Source: Bdellovibrionales bacterium (GTDB lineage: Bacteria > Bdellovibrionota > Bdellovibrionia > Bdellovibrionales > Bdellovibrionaceae). Taken from it: DNA of 64,000 nucleotides. The notes under the pieces were generated by a model. That model saw only the letters and a list, made by a program, of their open reading frames with translations, did not search any database and had not been told where the DNA came from. The stretch spans positions 32,001 through 96,000 of the forward strand of contig JANMPT010000028.1 of assembly GCA_031370005.1 (NCBI GenBank), in the 5' to 3' direction. Below are positions 18,228 to 30,421 of this stretch, piece by piece; position 1 is the stretch's first letter, and the number at the start of each line of letters is the position of its first letter. Both the position numbers and the translations under genes were made by a program.

Positions 18228-19295
18228 TCATAACTCAAGGTCATAGAGTTCGGAAGCTTGACTTAAAGGCCCAAGCCTTGCCGAAAGCGCTCGGGCGGCC
18301 TCATCATACTTAATCTCTTCGGATTCTTTTTCTTTCACAGTCAGACTGCTACGAGGAAAAATTAAGACAGGGCAAGGAGCCGCTCGCACTACATTACGAG
18401 CAATACTGCCCAGTAGGGCTACCTTAATCGGGCCACTCTGTCCTTCCATCACAATGAGATCGGCCTGCATATCAGCGGCCTCATGGCAGATTAAATCATC
18501 AATAGAGTCGTCAGCGACAAGCACCTTGACTGCACAATTCACGCCTTCAGACTTAGCCCAGTCGGCCCAGGACTCGGCCCGCCGAGCTTGATGATCCTCC
18601 TGAATTTTTAAAAAATCCTCTCGAGAAACCATTTCACCTTCAAAGCCATACAGAGAAGGATAATAGCCTGAATCCATCACAATACGGGCTGGCATTGGTA
18701 CTGCATGATAAATTGTCATTGATGCACTCATTTGTTTAGCAATTGAAACTGTATGACGAAAAGCTTCACGCGCATAATCACCAAACTCCGTGGGAAACAG
18801 AATCTGACTAAAATGCGTCTCCACCTTCATACCTGCACCTATCACCATGACAGGTGTTTTAGAATGCACCAATAGAGTTTCGGCAAAACTACCCAAGAAG
18901 AGGCGATCCAGACCCCGACGACCATGGCTGCTGACAATAATCAAATCGACATTTTGTTCCATAGCATATTCCAAAAGTGTATCCACCGCTGCGCCGGTTG
19001 CTGCTAATGGTTCCACAAGTATTTTAGGCCTCAATATATGCGGAAAGCCACTCGACATCAGAACTTCTTCTAGATGAATGCGCATGTTTGTTTCAAATTC
19101 ACGCATCCAATCAGTACTATAATCCACCGGCCAACTCAGATCGGTGGAGCTCAAAACAAAGACAGGCTCGATTTGGGCATAGGTCTTGTTCTGAAAAGCG
19201 CTCAAAACGTGAACGGCCTTCTCTTGAAGGTCCTCTTTTTCTTCAAAGGCATCAATGGACCAAATTATTTTTTTCATTTGAAATCTGTCATTCAT
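18228..19295 (-). CDS. Tandem universal stress protein
   Basis: Two USP domains (SSHGRRG..LFLGS; LLGSIARNVV..APCPV); GGAGG RBS. Confidence 0.9.
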   Translation of the reverse strand: MNDRFQMKKIIWSIDAFEEKEDLQEKAVHVLSAFQNKTYAQIEPVFVLSSTDLSWPVDYSTDWMREFETNMRIHLEEVLMSSGFPHILRPKILVEPLAATGAAVDTLLEYAMEQNVDLIIVSSHGRRGLDRLFLGSFAETLLVHSKTPVMVIGAGMKVETHFSQILFPTEFGDYAREAFRHTVSIAKQMSASMTIYHAVPMPARIVMDSGYYPSLYGFEGEMVSREDFLKIQEDHQARRAESWADWAKSEGVNCAVKVLVADDSIDDLICHEAADMQADLIVMEGQSGPIKVALLGSIARNVVRAAPCPVLIFPRSSLTVKEKESEEIKYDEAARALSARLGPLSQASELYDLEL

Positions 19296-19417
19296 CAGGT
19301 CCTCCAAAGCTACAGGCTCACCATTCCACTAGATGATCATTGATGATTTATGTTACGGCGATTCGTAGGTTTACTGGAGGATATCGCGACAATGCTTATT
19401 TATATGTATTTTGCTAT

Positions 19418-20164
19418 TTATTTTGCTTTTCCCTGGTTCGCCACTGCTTCCATGGCCAGACGCACTTCTTCAGGGTCTCCAATGAATTCTTTTTTTAACA
19501 CTTTAAAGTTCGTATCCAGCTCGTAAATCAATGGAATTCCTGTTGGCATATTGACTCCCATGATCTCATCCGCAGACATGTTTTCTAAATGCTGAATAAG
19601 CGCTCGTAAAGAATTACCGTGAGCGACAATCAATACTTTTTTGCCAGACTTAACTTCGCCAGAAATTGTGTCTCTCCAAAGTGGCAGAAATCGGGCCACA
19701 GTGTCTTTCAAGGACTCTCCACTTGGTAATTTTTTAGAATTTACGTTTTTGTAGCGAGCGTCTTTTGAGGGATGACGAGGATCATCCAAATCCATTGCCG
19801 GTGGTGGAGTGTCATAACTGCGACGCCAAATCTTTACCTGTTCCTCGCCGTGAAGGGCTGCGGTCTCTGCCTTGTTTAGTCCCTGAAGTGCACCGTAATG
19901 ACGTTCATTTAGACGCCACTCTTTGTGGACTGGAAGCCATACTTGATCCACCTGGTCTAGGACCAAATCCAGTGTATGAATTGCTCTTTTTAAAACACTC
20001 GTATAAGCAATATCGAAGGTGAACGACTTGTCCCTTAAAGAGTTTCCTCCTTTGACCGCTTCGTCCCGACCTTTTTCCGAAAGATCAACGTCCTGCCAGC
20101 CTGTAAAACGATTTTCTTTGTTCCATTGGCTTTCACCATGACGAATAAGCACTAGTTTGTACAT
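19418..20164 (-). CDS. gpmA: 2,3-BPG-dependent phosphoglycerate mutase
   Basis: [22 protein letters not shown]. Confidence 0.97.
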   Translation of the reverse strand: MYKLVLIRHGESQWNKENRFTGWQDVDLSEKGRDEAVKGGNSLRDKSFTFDIAYTSVLKRAIHTLDLVLDQVDQVWLPVHKEWRLNERHYGALQGLNKAETAALHGEEQVKIWRRSYDTPPPAMDLDDPRHPSKDARYKNVNSKKLPSGESLKDTVARFLPLWRDTISGEVKSGKKVLIVAHGNSLRALIQHLENMSADEIMGVNMPTGIPLIYELDTNFKVLKKEFIGDPEEVRLAMEAVANQGKAK

Positions 20165-20337
20165 TTTGTCTCCTTAAACACGACTTAATACAGGTTCTCC
20201 TTTAACAAAAAAAGAATTAACATGAGTGGGTCTGCTGTTCATCAAATGCTTTGCGTTTTGCCATGCGTAAAGCAATGACGAAGACTCAAGTTTTTGAAAA
20301 AACAGAGCTATCAATTATTCGCAGAAAAGGACCCACA

Positions 20338-23046
20338 GTGAACCTTGCAAGTCGTGCCAATTTAGAAATCATTGAAGATCTCTATAGACAATTCAAAACC
20401 AATCCCGAAAGTGTCGGCAAAGATTGGCAATACTTTTTCGAAGGCCTCGAATTCGGTCAAGACGGCAACATGGGCCTGTCCGAAAAGGAATTAGATGTTT
20501 ATCACCTCATCACCGCCTATCGTGACTATGGTCACTTCGAAGCACAGTTAGATCCTCTGACGAATACACCTGCCCCTTCGGACCAGTTATCTTTAAATAG
20601 ATTCAATCTTTCAAGCAAAGATTTGGAACAAAAATTCCAAATCGGAAAAATTGTCGGCAAACCAAACGCTTCACTGCGCGAAATTATCGCTCATCTGCGC
20701 GCTTGCTACTGTGGTCGAATCAGCGTGCAAGTCGCAGAGGCCCTTCCTGAGGTTCGCAACTGGTTTATTAAAGAGTTCGAAGCCTCTCAGTTTAAACTTA
20801 ATAATGAGGAAAAAAAACAGGCCTTCACTTCTTTGAACCGCACTGAATCTTTGGAAAAATTCATTCACACACGCTATGTAGGCACGAAGCGTTTCTCGAT
20901 TGAGGGAGCCGATGGCATGATGCCGATGCTTGAAGCCTTGGTTCAACGCTGCTCCCAATTAAAGGCACAAGAGGTCATGATCGGCATGGCCCATCGTGGA
21001 CGCGTGAATGTCCTTGCAAACTTCATGGGTAAGGCCACCGAGTATATCTTCGCGGACTTCAATGGCCCAACAGAACTTGCAGTTCCTATTGATGACTTTG
21101 ATGGCGACGTGAAGTACCATTTGGGTTACGTTTCTCAAAAGGAGACTCCAAACGGCAAGTGCCAAGTGACTTTGGCCTTTAACCCTTCCCATCTTGAAGC
21201 GGTGAATCCTGTAGTTCTCGGGATGGCCCGGGCAGCACAACGCCGCCGAAATGACACAAAAGAACGTAAAACTGTAATTCCAGTTTTGATTCACGGAGAC
21301 GCCGCATTTTCTTCTCAAGGAGTGAATCTTGAGACTTTCCAAATGTCGCAAGTAAAAGGTTACACGGTGGGTGGCACAATCCATATCGTCATCGACAACC
21401 AAATCGGCTTTACCACAACTCCAGAAAATGGCCGATCTTCGCATTATGCCTCAGACACTGCAAAAGTTTTAGCTACTCCTGTGATCCATGTAAATGGTGA
21501 CGATGCCGAAAACTGTGTGCGGGCGATCGATATGGCCCTTCGCTTCCGTCAAGAACATGGTCGAGATATAGTTATTAATATGATCTGTTACCGCAGATTT
21601 GGGCACAATGAAGGTGATGAACCCGCATTCACTCAGCCCTTGATGTACGATATCATCAAAAAGCACCCGACTTTACGGGAGATTTATGGCAAACAATTGA
21701 TCCGCGAAAATGTGATCGATCAGAAATACTACGATGATGCCTTCCAGGAACGCATGGATTCCTTACAGAAAGTATACGAAGAGACTAAAAAGAATCCGCC
21801 GAAAATTCAGCCTTTCAAATTCGATGGCTTTTGGAAAGGTTTTCGTAAGGGAACGGGCGATGATCTTTTACAGCCTGTGAATACAAAAACTGATATTAAG
21901 CTTCTGACTGAGATTGGGACTAAGCTAGGTGAATACCCCGCGAACTTTACGCCTCATCCAAAATTAATAAAGCTTCTTGAATCTCGGAAAAATATGGCCA
22001 CTGGCAAAGAGCCTATCGACTGGGGAATGGGTGAACTTTTGGCCTATGGCTCCTTACTGAGTGAAGGGACCTCCGTACGCCTGACAGGACAGGATTGCGT
22101 GCGCGGGACTTTCACGCATCGCCATGCCGGTCTTTATGATGTAAAAACCAACGAATGCTATATGGCATTGGATCATGTGAACGAAGACAAAGTGGAGTTC
22201 TGTGTTTATGACTCCATCCTATCAGAGTATGCTGTTCTTGGTTATGAGTATGGCAATGCGACTTGTGATCCAACATTCTTAACTTTGTGGGAAGCGCAAT
22301 TTGGTGATTTCGTCAATGGTGCACAAATCATCATTGATCAATTCATAAGCAGTGGCGAATCAAAATGGCAACAGATGTGCGGACTCGTTCTTCTTCTTCC
22401 TCATGGCTATGAAGGCCAAGGACCCGAACATTCATCTGCGAAACTTGAAAGATTCTTGCAGCTTTGCGCTCAAAATAATATGCAAGTTGTGAATCTGACA
22501 ACTCCAGCGCAGCTCTTCCATGCCCTGCGCCGACAGATGAAACGTGATTTCAGAAAGCCGATGATAGTCATGAGCCCTAAGAAATTGCTCCGCTATCCGC
22601 GGGCTGTTTCAAGCCTGGAAGAACTCGCTAATGGCAGCTTCCAAGAGGTGATTCCTGACACTGTTGATAAATCAAAAGTGGACACGGTGGTCTTTGTATG
22701 CGGTAAGCTTTACTACGATTTGCTCGAAGAAAGAGAAAAAAACAAAAAAGAAAATGTTGCCCTCGTGCGCCTTGAACAGGTCTATCCGTTTCCGGCAAAA
22801 CAAGTGGTAGCGGTGCTGAAGTCTTATCCGAAACTGAAGAACTTTATCTGGTCACAAGAGGAGCCTAAAAATATGGGTTCTTTTCAGAATGTATACTTCA
22901 AATTTGCCGAGGTAATGACTCAAGAGGGGCTGAAGCTTGAAATTAAATATGTAGGACGCCCAGAGCGCTCCTCACCAGCTACGGGCTCGATCTACAGACA
23001 CCAGGTTGAACAAAATGAAATTATTCAAGGATGCTTTAAGGGGTAA
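20338..23046 (+). CDS. sucA: 2-oxoglutarate dehydrogenase E1
   Basis: [36 protein letters not shown] start after AAAGGA (the ORF is open from 20251). Confidence 0.97.
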   Translation: MNLASRANLEIIEDLYRQFKTNPESVGKDWQYFFEGLEFGQDGNMGLSEKELDVYHLITAYRDYGHFEAQLDPLTNTPAPSDQLSLNRFNLSSKDLEQKFQIGKIVGKPNASLREIIAHLRACYCGRISVQVAEALPEVRNWFIKEFEASQFKLNNEEKKQAFTSLNRTESLEKFIHTRYVGTKRFSIEGADGMMPMLEALVQRCSQLKAQEVMIGMAHRGRVNVLANFMGKATEYIFADFNGPTELAVPIDDFDGDVKYHLGYVSQKETPNGKCQVTLAFNPSHLEAVNPVVLGMARAAQRRRNDTKERKTVIPVLIHGDAAFSSQGVNLETFQMSQVKGYTVGGTIHIVIDNQIGFTTTPENGRSSHYASDTAKVLATPVIHVNGDDAENCVRAIDMALRFRQEHGRDIVINMICYRRFGHNEGDEPAFTQPLMYDIIKKHPTLREIYGKQLIRENVIDQKYYDDAFQERMDSLQKVYEETKKNPPKIQPFKFDGFWKGFRKGTGDDLLQPVNTKTDIKLLTEIGTKLGEYPANFTPHPKLIKLLESRKNMATGKEPIDWGMGELLAYGSLLSEGTSVRLTGQDCVRGTFTHRHAGLYDVKTNECYMALDHVNEDKVEFCVYDSILSEYAVLGYEYGNATCDPTFLTLWEAQFGDFVNGAQIIIDQFISSGESKWQQMCGLVLLLPHGYEGQGPEHSSAKLERFLQLCAQNNMQVVNLTTPAQLFHALRRQMKRDFRKPMIVMSPKKLLRYPRAVSSLEELANGSFQEVIPDTVDKSKVDTVVFVCGKLYYDLLEEREKNKKENVALVRLEQVYPFPAKQVVAVLKSYPKLKNFIWSQEEPKNMGSFQNVYFKFAEVMTQEGLKLEIKYVGRPERSSPATGSIYRHQVEQNEIIQGCFKG

Positions 23047-23051
23047 CTACT

Positions 23052-24266
23052 ATGAAAATAGATTTAAAAATTCCCGCAGTCGGTGAATCTATCAGCGAAG
23101 CGACAATCGGCAGTTGGATCAAAAAAGATGGCGAGTTCGTGAAACGTGATGAGATCTTGATGAGTATCGAGACAGACAAGGCCAGTGTGGAAGTGGTGGC
23201 AGAAAACGACGGCGTTCTTCACATCTCAACTCCAGCGGGACAGACCCTTGCAATAGGCGCGACGGTTGGCTATATCGATACCGATGGAAAGCCGACAGCA
23301 AGCGCGAGTGCCAGCACGAGCATAAGTGCTCCGCCTGCGGCTGATGCTAAGTCTCAACACCTTTCTCCGGCTGTGAATAGAATTGTGACTGAAAAAAACC
23401 TGGATCCTGCAACAATTGCTGGTACTGGTAAAAATGGCAGGCTCACAAAGGGAGATTTAGTTGCTGCTTCTACATCAGCTCCTGCTCCTACTTCTAGTCC
23501 CGCTCCTGCAGCAAAACCAGCAGCGGAACCAACTGTTGCTCCTGCTCCTCGAGGTCCCACTAAGCAGGGGGACAAAAAAATCGTTCCCATGACAACGATT
23601 CGTAAGCGTATTGCTGAAAAGCTTGTACAAGCTCAGCACAATGCGGCTCTCTTAACTACTTTCAATGAAATCGACATGACGAAAGTCACTGAGCTTCGCA
23701 CGAAGTATAAAGAAAAATTCAAAGAAAAATACGGTGTGAACTTGGGGTTTAATGGTTTCTTTGTAAAAGCAGCGGTAGAGGCCCTAAAAGAGTTCCCAGC
23801 AGCGAATGCCTTCGTTATTGATAGCGATATCGAGTTTCACAACTATTACAACATTGGTATTGCGGTCTCTACAGAAAAGGGCTTGATGGTTCCAAATGTA
23901 AAAGACGCAGACACCCTCACTTTGGCAGGTGTTGAATTGGCAATCCGCGATCTAGCGGGCAAAGGCCGCGACGGAAAAATCTCCATTGATGATTTGAGCG
24001 GTGGAACCTTCACTATCACAAATGGCGGCGTTTTTGGTTCTTTGATGTCCACTCCGATCCTAAATGCACCACAAAGTGCAATCCTGGGTCTTCATAAGGT
24101 TCAAGACCGCCCAATGGCGATCAACGGCAAAGTCGAAGTCCGCCCAATGATGTACGTAGCACTAACCTACGATCACAGAATTATCGACGGCAAAGAAGCC
24201 GTCGGTTTCCTAGTAAAAATCAAAGAAGGCGTAGAGGACCCAGAAAGACTCCTCCTCGAAATTTAA
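23052..24266 (+). CDS. sucB: Dihydrolipoamide succinyltransferase E2
   Basis: ETDKA lipoyl site, YDHRIIDG. Confidence 0.97.
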   Translation: MKIDLKIPAVGESISEATIGSWIKKDGEFVKRDEILMSIETDKASVEVVAENDGVLHISTPAGQTLAIGATVGYIDTDGKPTASASASTSISAPPAADAKSQHLSPAVNRIVTEKNLDPATIAGTGKNGRLTKGDLVAASTSAPAPTSSPAPAAKPAAEPTVAPAPRGPTKQGDKKIVPMTTIRKRIAEKLVQAQHNAALLTTFNEIDMTKVTELRTKYKEKFKEKYGVNLGFNGFFVKAAVEALKEFPAANAFVIDSDIEFHNYYNIGIAVSTEKGLMVPNVKDADTLTLAGVELAIRDLAGKGRDGKISIDDLSGGTFTITNGGVFGSLMSTPILNAPQSAILGLHKVQDRPMAINGKVEVRPMMYVALTYDHRIIDGKEAVGFLVKIKEGVEDPERLLLEI

Positions 24267-24284
24267 GGTACGCCGTACCTTTTT
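24265..24284 (+). terminator. Intrinsic terminator after sucAB
   Basis: aaggtac-gcc-gtacctt followed by a T-run. Confidence 0.65.
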
Positions 24285-24370
24285 CGGATGCATCGCGGAA
24301 TTTGGTCGTCCTGCGCCGCGCGAGACAACAAGTCTTGCACCTAAAGTCATGGCCGATTAGTCTTCGGGCC

Positions 24371-26344
24371 ATGACTTTTAATAAAACACTTCTTCGCAAT
24401 ACCGCAAGGGCTTGGGGGCTGCAGGCCTCTTATTTAGTGAATGGCCAAACGGCCATCTGGGCTCCTGAAAAATCTTTGTTAAAAGTTTTGGGAGATCTCA
24501 CTCAAACAACAATTCAAAGTGATGAAGATCTAAAAAAACTCTTAAAACAGCGCCGTGAAAAATACATTCAAGATGGCCTCGCCAAGTCTCAAGTTTTCTG
24601 GGGGGGCAAACCCAACCCTTTAAGCTTGTATTTTGCCAAAAATAAAAAGCCTACAAAACTTGAAAGCAAAGTCCACCTTGAGGATGGCAGCTTCATAGAC
24701 CTTCCTCTAGAAACAATCTCTGAGACAGATCGCGAAAACCACTGGCGCCTTCAGGTCCAATGGAATAAAACACTGCCTTTGGGCTATCACCAACTCACAA
24801 TCAAAACCGATACTCGCAACTTCGAAAGTCTTTTAATCTGTGCTCCTGAAAAACTTGAAACTGCCGAAAAGCTAAAACATTCCTGGGGACCATTCATTCC
24901 CCTTTACGCACTTCGCACTGGGAGCGAATGGGGCATTGGCTCTTTGAGGGAAATGAAACTCGCACTTAAAAAGTGCGGAGAATACGGAGCTCAGTGGCTT
25001 GGCACCTTACCCTTATTGGCCGTGGACTTGGATCCTGTGGACTGCGATCCGAGTCCTTACTCAGCCCTCACCCGTCTTTTCTGGAATGAGATCTTTTTAG
25101 ATGTCGAAGCATTGGTTGAAAAATACCAACACCTAGAAGCCAAAAAACTTATTCAGACCCCCGAGTTCCAAAAAGAGCTGACGGAACTACGAGCATGTAC
25201 TCATGTGGATTACCATCGCGTATACAAACTTAAAAAAAGTGTTTTAAAAATGCTTTCCGAAAGTTTTTTTGCCAAAAAATTAGAAGCTCAAAAAGACTAT
25301 ACTGATTTCGCGGCAGACAATGTAGAGATCAATGCCTATGCAAATTTCCGCTCCAAAGAAATTGGTGAACAGAATTTTCATCGTTTTGTACAATTTGAAA
25401 TGAATCAGTCCCTCCGTGAGCTTTCAGAAACTCTTCCTCAGGGACTTTATCTCGATTTTCCGGTGGGAGTTAACGATGCCGGTTTTGATTTTCAAGAATT
25501 CAAACCCGTGTTCTTTAAGGAAGTTTCTGTGGGGGCTCCACCGGAAGAGGTTTTCCAACAAGGACAGGACTGGGGCTTTCCAGCTTTCAATCCATTTACT
25601 CATCAAGATGAGGGATACCAATATCTTCGCAAAAGCCTTCGCAATCATTTGAAATACTGTAAAATTCTACGCATGGACCACGTGATGGGACTCTATCGCG
25701 TCTATACCATTCCAAAAGGATGGACCGCTCATGAGGGCGTTTATATGCGATTTCCGAAGGATGATCTTTTTGCGATTTCAATGCTTGAAGCCTACAAAGC
25801 AAATGCTGATATCGTCGGAGAAAATCTTGGAACCGTGCCGGCGGCGGTGGATGAACTCATTCACAAAAGAAATATCAACGGCATGTGGGTTCTACAGCTC
25901 GAGGCATGGAGAAAACCTTCCGAGGCTTTCTCTACGATTCCGCAAAATACTATGATCAGTTTCAACAATCATGACCTGCCGATGTGGGCGAGTTTTATGA
26001 AAGGAACAGACTTGGATCTAGTGTGCCGACTAAAGATCCTCCGCGATGATTCTCGAGTGAAATTCCAGAGTGACCGAAAAGCTCAGATGGAAACTTGGTC
26101 GAAATTCGCTGCGACAGAAAACATTACTGTGAAACTGCATGAGGAGCTGGCCAAAACGTTAGGAAAATACTTTGTCGTGACCATTGAAGATTTCTGGAAT
26201 GAAGAGGCTCCGCAAAATATCCCCGGGACCTGGAAAGAGTATCCGAACTGGCGCCGCAAATACTCTTTGCCGATTTCACGATGGACCGAGAATGAACAGG
26301 CCCAATCCATCTTTAATATTCTTAAAAAATATCGTTCTGTTTAA
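24371..26344 (+). CDS. malQ: 4-alpha-glucanotransferase (amylomaltase, GH77)
   Basis: SPYS, GAPP..F...GQDWG, RMDHVMG, GENLG, NIPGT..YPNWRRK. Confidence 0.93.
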   Translation: MTFNKTLLRNTARAWGLQASYLVNGQTAIWAPEKSLLKVLGDLTQTTIQSDEDLKKLLKQRREKYIQDGLAKSQVFWGGKPNPLSLYFAKNKKPTKLESKVHLEDGSFIDLPLETISETDRENHWRLQVQWNKTLPLGYHQLTIKTDTRNFESLLICAPEKLETAEKLKHSWGPFIPLYALRTGSEWGIGSLREMKLALKKCGEYGAQWLGTLPLLAVDLDPVDCDPSPYSALTRLFWNEIFLDVEALVEKYQHLEAKKLIQTPEFQKELTELRACTHVDYHRVYKLKKSVLKMLSESFFAKKLEAQKDYTDFAADNVEINAYANFRSKEIGEQNFHRFVQFEMNQSLRELSETLPQGLYLDFPVGVNDAGFDFQEFKPVFFKEVSVGAPPEEVFQQGQDWGFPAFNPFTHQDEGYQYLRKSLRNHLKYCKILRMDHVMGLYRVYTIPKGWTAHEGVYMRFPKDDLFAISMLEAYKANADIVGENLGTVPAAVDELIHKRNINGMWVLQLEAWRKPSEAFSTIPQNTMISFNNHDLPMWASFMKGTDLDLVCRLKILRDDSRVKFQSDRKAQMETWSKFAATENITVKLHEELAKTLGKYFVVTIEDFWNEEAPQNIPGTWKEYPNWRRKYSLPISRWTENEQAQSIFNILKKYRSV

Positions 26345-27612
26345 AACCAAGCTTCGAATTGATAGCCAAAAGTGGTGCCTTCATTTTTATCTTTAAATGT
26401 CGGCGCAGCTGAAGCTATAAAACTGCGATTTGAAGTTGTCCAAAATGAATGCGAAAGAAAAGCTCTCATTACTGGGCGCATCCAAATACTTTTTCCAATA
26501 GATAACTGCGGAGAAATACTCACTCGACCCAAGGCGCGCTCCCCGATTGATTCACCGCTAGCAGCGACTTCCGCATCGTTTTTAATGCGAGAGTAGCCGG
26601 TTTCAAAAACCCATTGGAATCTATCTGTGACAAAATATATCGGGCGAATACCAACCTCTTGCCATTCACGATAGTTCTTAGTTGCAGTGCCATTCCCACC
26701 TATCTCAGCCGCAGCTGCGATCATCACCGCCCACTTATCGGTGACGTCTTTGCTCCAGTCCTCGACCGCTCTTAATGTCCAAGCTCTATTTTGACTATCA
26801 TCAGTGGAAATGAGGGCACTGTTTGCATAGATATTGAAATCCTTCATAGCACCCTTACCATAAAGAAGAGTGAAGTTATTGTTGCCCTTAAAGGCAGACC
26901 CTTGCAAACGTCCGGCAAAAGAATAACCCGTAGTCGCTACATAATTACTCGTCGCATCTGAACTCGCCGGGGCCCATGCATAAACTCCCCACAAATACAG
27001 AGATTGATCTCCCATGGGAAGATCCCTCCAGCGAAGATCCAGAGCTTGAAGAACAGGTCTTCCCACCGAAGTGGTCAGATTTTCATTGGCTTGAATCAAA
27101 TGGGCGAAAGAAAATCTACCAACACCTAGCGGCAGGTTCTCAACTCCCGCTCCTACACCACTCATGTCAGCAAAATAGTACCAGTCAAAAATATAAAGAT
27201 CGACGTCACGATAAAAGCGTTTTCCAATCCAGAAGTCCCCTGGGACCTCTGAAAATCCACCAGCGCTAACAAAGGCCTCAATTTGATTTATATCACGGTC
27301 GGCCTTTGGCTCCCATTGACGCGCTCCCTTCGAGTTAAACTCTAGACGCATCTGCGTCTTAAAGTAATTCGCGTCGGTCTCATCTGCTTTTTTATTGATA
27401 AAAAAAACGGCAAGCTCTGAGTAAAACCCGCACTCATTACCTAAACGTAAGAAATTACCGGGGATTCCCACATTAAAAAAACATTCTTGCTGGCCACCCT
27501 CAAGGTTGAGCCCCGCCCCACCGCGAAGGTAACTAGTGAATTTTGCTTCCAGAGCGAAGACCGATGAGCTTATTGTCAAGATGTAACATACCAAAACTAG
27601 AAAACACTTCAT
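26341..27612 (-). CDS. lamB: Maltoporin
   Basis: Signal peptide, RLGNEC, WIGKRFYR, C-terminal FGYQFEAWF. Confidence 0.92.
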   Translation of the reverse strand: MKCFLVLVCYILTISSSVFALEAKFTSYLRGGAGLNLEGGQQECFFNVGIPGNFLRLGNECGFYSELAVFFINKKADETDANYFKTQMRLEFNSKGARQWEPKADRDINQIEAFVSAGGFSEVPGDFWIGKRFYRDVDLYIFDWYYFADMSGVGAGVENLPLGVGRFSFAHLIQANENLTTSVGRPVLQALDLRWRDLPMGDQSLYLWGVYAWAPASSDATSNYVATTGYSFAGRLQGSAFKGNNNFTLLYGKGAMKDFNIYANSALISTDDSQNRAWTLRAVEDWSKDVTDKWAVMIAAAAEIGGNGTATKNYREWQEVGIRPIYFVTDRFQWVFETGYSRIKNDAEVAASGESIGERALGRVSISPQLSIGKSIWMRPVMRAFLSHSFWTTSNRSFIASAAPTFKDKNEGTTFGYQFEAWF

Positions 27613-27624
27613 TCTTTTCCCCGC

Positions 27625-27666
27625 TAAATCTCTTGAAATAAATCTCTTGAAATAAGTCTCTTGAAA
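27625..27666. repeat. 3 x 14-bp tandem repeat in the lamB/pullulanase intergenic region
   Basis: taaatctcttgaaa taaatctcttgaaa taagtctcttgaaa. Confidence 0.9.
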
Positions 27667-27720
27667 AATGCAAAAGATACTCATAAAGTCTGCGGCTGGC
27701 CACACTTTATGCAAACGGTC

Positions 27721-27748
27721 TTAAGCAATTCTTATGTAATTCCGATGC
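27721..27748 (+). promoter_or_regulatory. FliA/sigma28-like promoter for the pullulanase-mal operon
   Basis: TTAAG-N15-TCCGATGC. Confidence 0.5.
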
Positions 27749-27766
27749 AAATGCCGAGGGGGAATA

Positions 27767-30421
27767 TTGAGCAGACTCTGCTGCCTGTTTTTTATTATTC
27801 TATTTCAAAGTCTTTCTGTTCAAGCAACAGGAGTCCGAGCACAGTGGCTGGACTCCACTCGCATTCTATACAGGCTCTCCCCTGGAACTTATATCAGCTC
27901 AACCACGCAGTTTTTTTTAGCAGATGGAACTCAGTCCGTTAAAACTGGCTCCATGACCTCTCTACCTTTGATTTCACTAAAGGACGATCAAGCTCTGCTT
28001 GATACCTCGATGCTCTCGCGAACAGATATTAAAAACCTGATTTCCCGCGGCCTCAGAGTTTTTATCACGACAGATTCAAAGCAGATTTTAGACTCTTCCG
28101 CAATTCAATACTCAGGACTCCTTGATGATCAGTTTTACTATGATGGTCACGATCTGGGTGGAGATTGTTTAAACAATAAATGCAATCTAAAACTGTGGGC
28201 TCCCACAGCCCAACGAGTCCGTGCTTTCCTTTTTTCAACAGCAACAACCCCTATTGATCAAGCGCAAATTCTGAATATGAATTTGGAAGACAAAGGAGTC
28301 TGGAGCCTCTCGCTGCCTCCTGAGTTCAAAAATTCATATTATCTCTATGAAGTGCAAGTTTATCAGCCCTTCACCGATAAAGTAGAAACCAATCTTGTCA
28401 CCGATCCTTATAGTAAAAGTTTGAGTGTCAATGGAACGCGCTCACAAATGGCTGACCTAACTGAAAGCTCTCTGCTTCCTAGCGGTTGGCAAAATCTCCA
28501 AAAGCCTGTGCTCAATAATTTAAAAGACACTGTGATCTATGAACTTCATATCCGGGATTTTAGCGCCAACGACGTCTCCGTACCCGAGGACCTTCGTGGA
28601 ACATACTTAGCTTTTAACCAGAAAAATTCCGCAGGGATGCGCCATTTAAAAGCCCTGGCCGATGCTGGAATGACTCACTTACATCTTCTCCCATTCAATG
28701 ACTTTGGCAGCGTAAATGAAGATAAGTCCACTTGGGAGAACTATGTAGGCAATAGCCCTAATCTAAAAGAACCTCAAAGTGTTTTAAGCGGCATTCGCGC
28801 CAGTGATCCATTTAATTGGGGCTATGATCCGGTCCATTACATGGCGCCAGAGGGAAGCTATGCTCGTAACGCGGAGGGCACGGCACGAATCCTTGAGGTG
28901 CGACAAATGGTAAAAGCCTTGAATGAGTCCGGATTGCGCGTGGTCCAGGATGTGGTGCTAAATCATACCTACGAAAATGCTCTGGGTACTTTTTCGGTCT
29001 TTGATAAAATTGTTCCACTTTATTACTACCGCCTTGACGATCAGGGACAGGCATATAGAACTTCCTGCTGCTATGATACCGCAAGTGAGCACCGCATGAT
29101 GGAAAAATTGATGATCGATACTGTGGTCCATTGGGCAAAGACTTATAAAATTGACGGCTTTCGTTTTGATCTGATGTCTTTTCATTCACGCGCTACCATG
29201 GAGCGCCTACGCCAAGCTCTCCGTGCCTTGACAATAACAAACGATGGCGTGGATGGCTCAAAAATTATTCTCTACGGAGAGGGCTGGAGTTTTGGGTCAT
29301 TATTTAATCACGCACCAGCAGAGTCTATGAGCATTGAAAACTCCTATGGCACAGGCTATGGCTTCTTCAATGATCGTCTACGCGATGCCGTTCGCGGTGG
29401 AACCACCAACTCCGTTGAAAAATCTGATCAGGGCTTCGCCACTGGTTTGTACTTTGATTTCAATTACGAACCTGCTAATCGCAATACCCCGACGGATGAG
29501 GCCAGCCAAAAAGCAAAACTTTTACATTTGGGTGATGTGACCAAAGCTGGTCTTGCAGGGAATTTACGTGATTATACATTCAAAGAACATTTAGGCTCGA
29601 TTGTCCATGCGGGGGATCTCCGCTTCCGAGGATCTCCGGTGGCAGTGGCCTCTCAAGCGCTTGAAACCATCAATTATGTTTCTGCTCATGATGGCTATGC
29701 CCTTTGGGATGCTATTCAGGCCAAGGCGCCATTCCATACTCAAGGGCGCACTCCTGACCTTGCTAGCGCTGAAGACCGGCAACGCATACAGCAGCTGGCT
29801 TTAGCAATTCCGCTTCTTGGTCAAGGCATTCCCTTTGTTGAAGCTGGCACCGAGCTTTTACGTTCGAAAAATGGGGATCAAGATAGCTATGATTCTGGGG
29901 ACTTCTTTAATCGCATTGATTGGACAGGGACCACAAACTATTGGGGTGAGGGCCTGCCGCCGTCATGGAAAAATATTGACGACTGGCCTTTATGGCAACC
30001 CCGCTTGCTAGATCCCGGTCTAAAAGTAACTCCAAATCTGATTGCTAAGACTGATAATTATCTTAAAGCCTTGCTCCGTCTTAGAAAAAGCTCTGGCTTA
30101 TTTCGGCTAAACACTCTGGATGAAATTTCAAGGCAACTTTCCTTTATTGATAATGAGACAAGGCCTGAGCCCGGATTAATCGCAATGCTTTTACAAAATC
30201 AAAATGAGTCTCTTTTAATTTTCTTCAATGCTTCCCGTGAAAACCGCAGCTTCAACAATAGTGTTCTTAAAAAAAACTGGAGTCTTCACCCTCTATTTGA
30301 CGACAAAGTGGATAAGAACCTATCCGCAGTCATTATGAATCAAAGTCAAGGGTCTATACAGCTTCCAGGCCGTAGCACTGTGATTCTGAAGTTGAACGCT
30401 TCACAAAGAGGCCAGCAATGA
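27767..30421 (+). CDS. pulA: Secreted pullulanase (GH13)
   Basis: LWAPTA, IYELHIRDF, FNWGYDP, DGFRFDLM, YVSAHD. Confidence 0.93.
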   Translation: MSRLCCLFFIILFQSLSVQATGVRAQWLDSTRILYRLSPGTYISSTTQFFLADGTQSVKTGSMTSLPLISLKDDQALLDTSMLSRTDIKNLISRGLRVFITTDSKQILDSSAIQYSGLLDDQFYYDGHDLGGDCLNNKCNLKLWAPTAQRVRAFLFSTATTPIDQAQILNMNLEDKGVWSLSLPPEFKNSYYLYEVQVYQPFTDKVETNLVTDPYSKSLSVNGTRSQMADLTESSLLPSGWQNLQKPVLNNLKDTVIYELHIRDFSANDVSVPEDLRGTYLAFNQKNSAGMRHLKALADAGMTHLHLLPFNDFGSVNEDKSTWENYVGNSPNLKEPQSVLSGIRASDPFNWGYDPVHYMAPEGSYARNAEGTARILEVRQMVKALNESGLRVVQDVVLNHTYENALGTFSVFDKIVPLYYYRLDDQGQAYRTSCCYDTASEHRMMEKLMIDTVVHWAKTYKIDGFRFDLMSFHSRATMERLRQALRALTITNDGVDGSKIILYGEGWSFGSLFNHAPAESMSIENSYGTGYGFFNDRLRDAVRGGTTNSVEKSDQGFATGLYFDFNYEPANRNTPTDEASQKAKLLHLGDVTKAGLAGNLRDYTFKEHLGSIVHAGDLRFRGSPVAVASQALETINYVSAHDGYALWDAIQAKAPFHTQGRTPDLASAEDRQRIQQLALAIPLLGQGIPFVEAGTELLRSKNGDQDSYDSGDFFNRIDWTGTTNYWGEGLPPSWKNIDDWPLWQPRLLDPGLKVTPNLIAKTDNYLKALLRLRKSSGLFRLNTLDEISRQLSFIDNETRPEPGLIAMLLQNQNESLLIFFNASRENRSFNNSVLKKNWSLHPLFDDKVDKNLSAVIMNQSQGSIQLPGRSTVILKLNASQRGQQ

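Noticed and set aside
27696..27713. Sigma54 promoter tggccacactttatgca
   Set aside because: The GG-to-GC spacing is 11 rather than the required 10.
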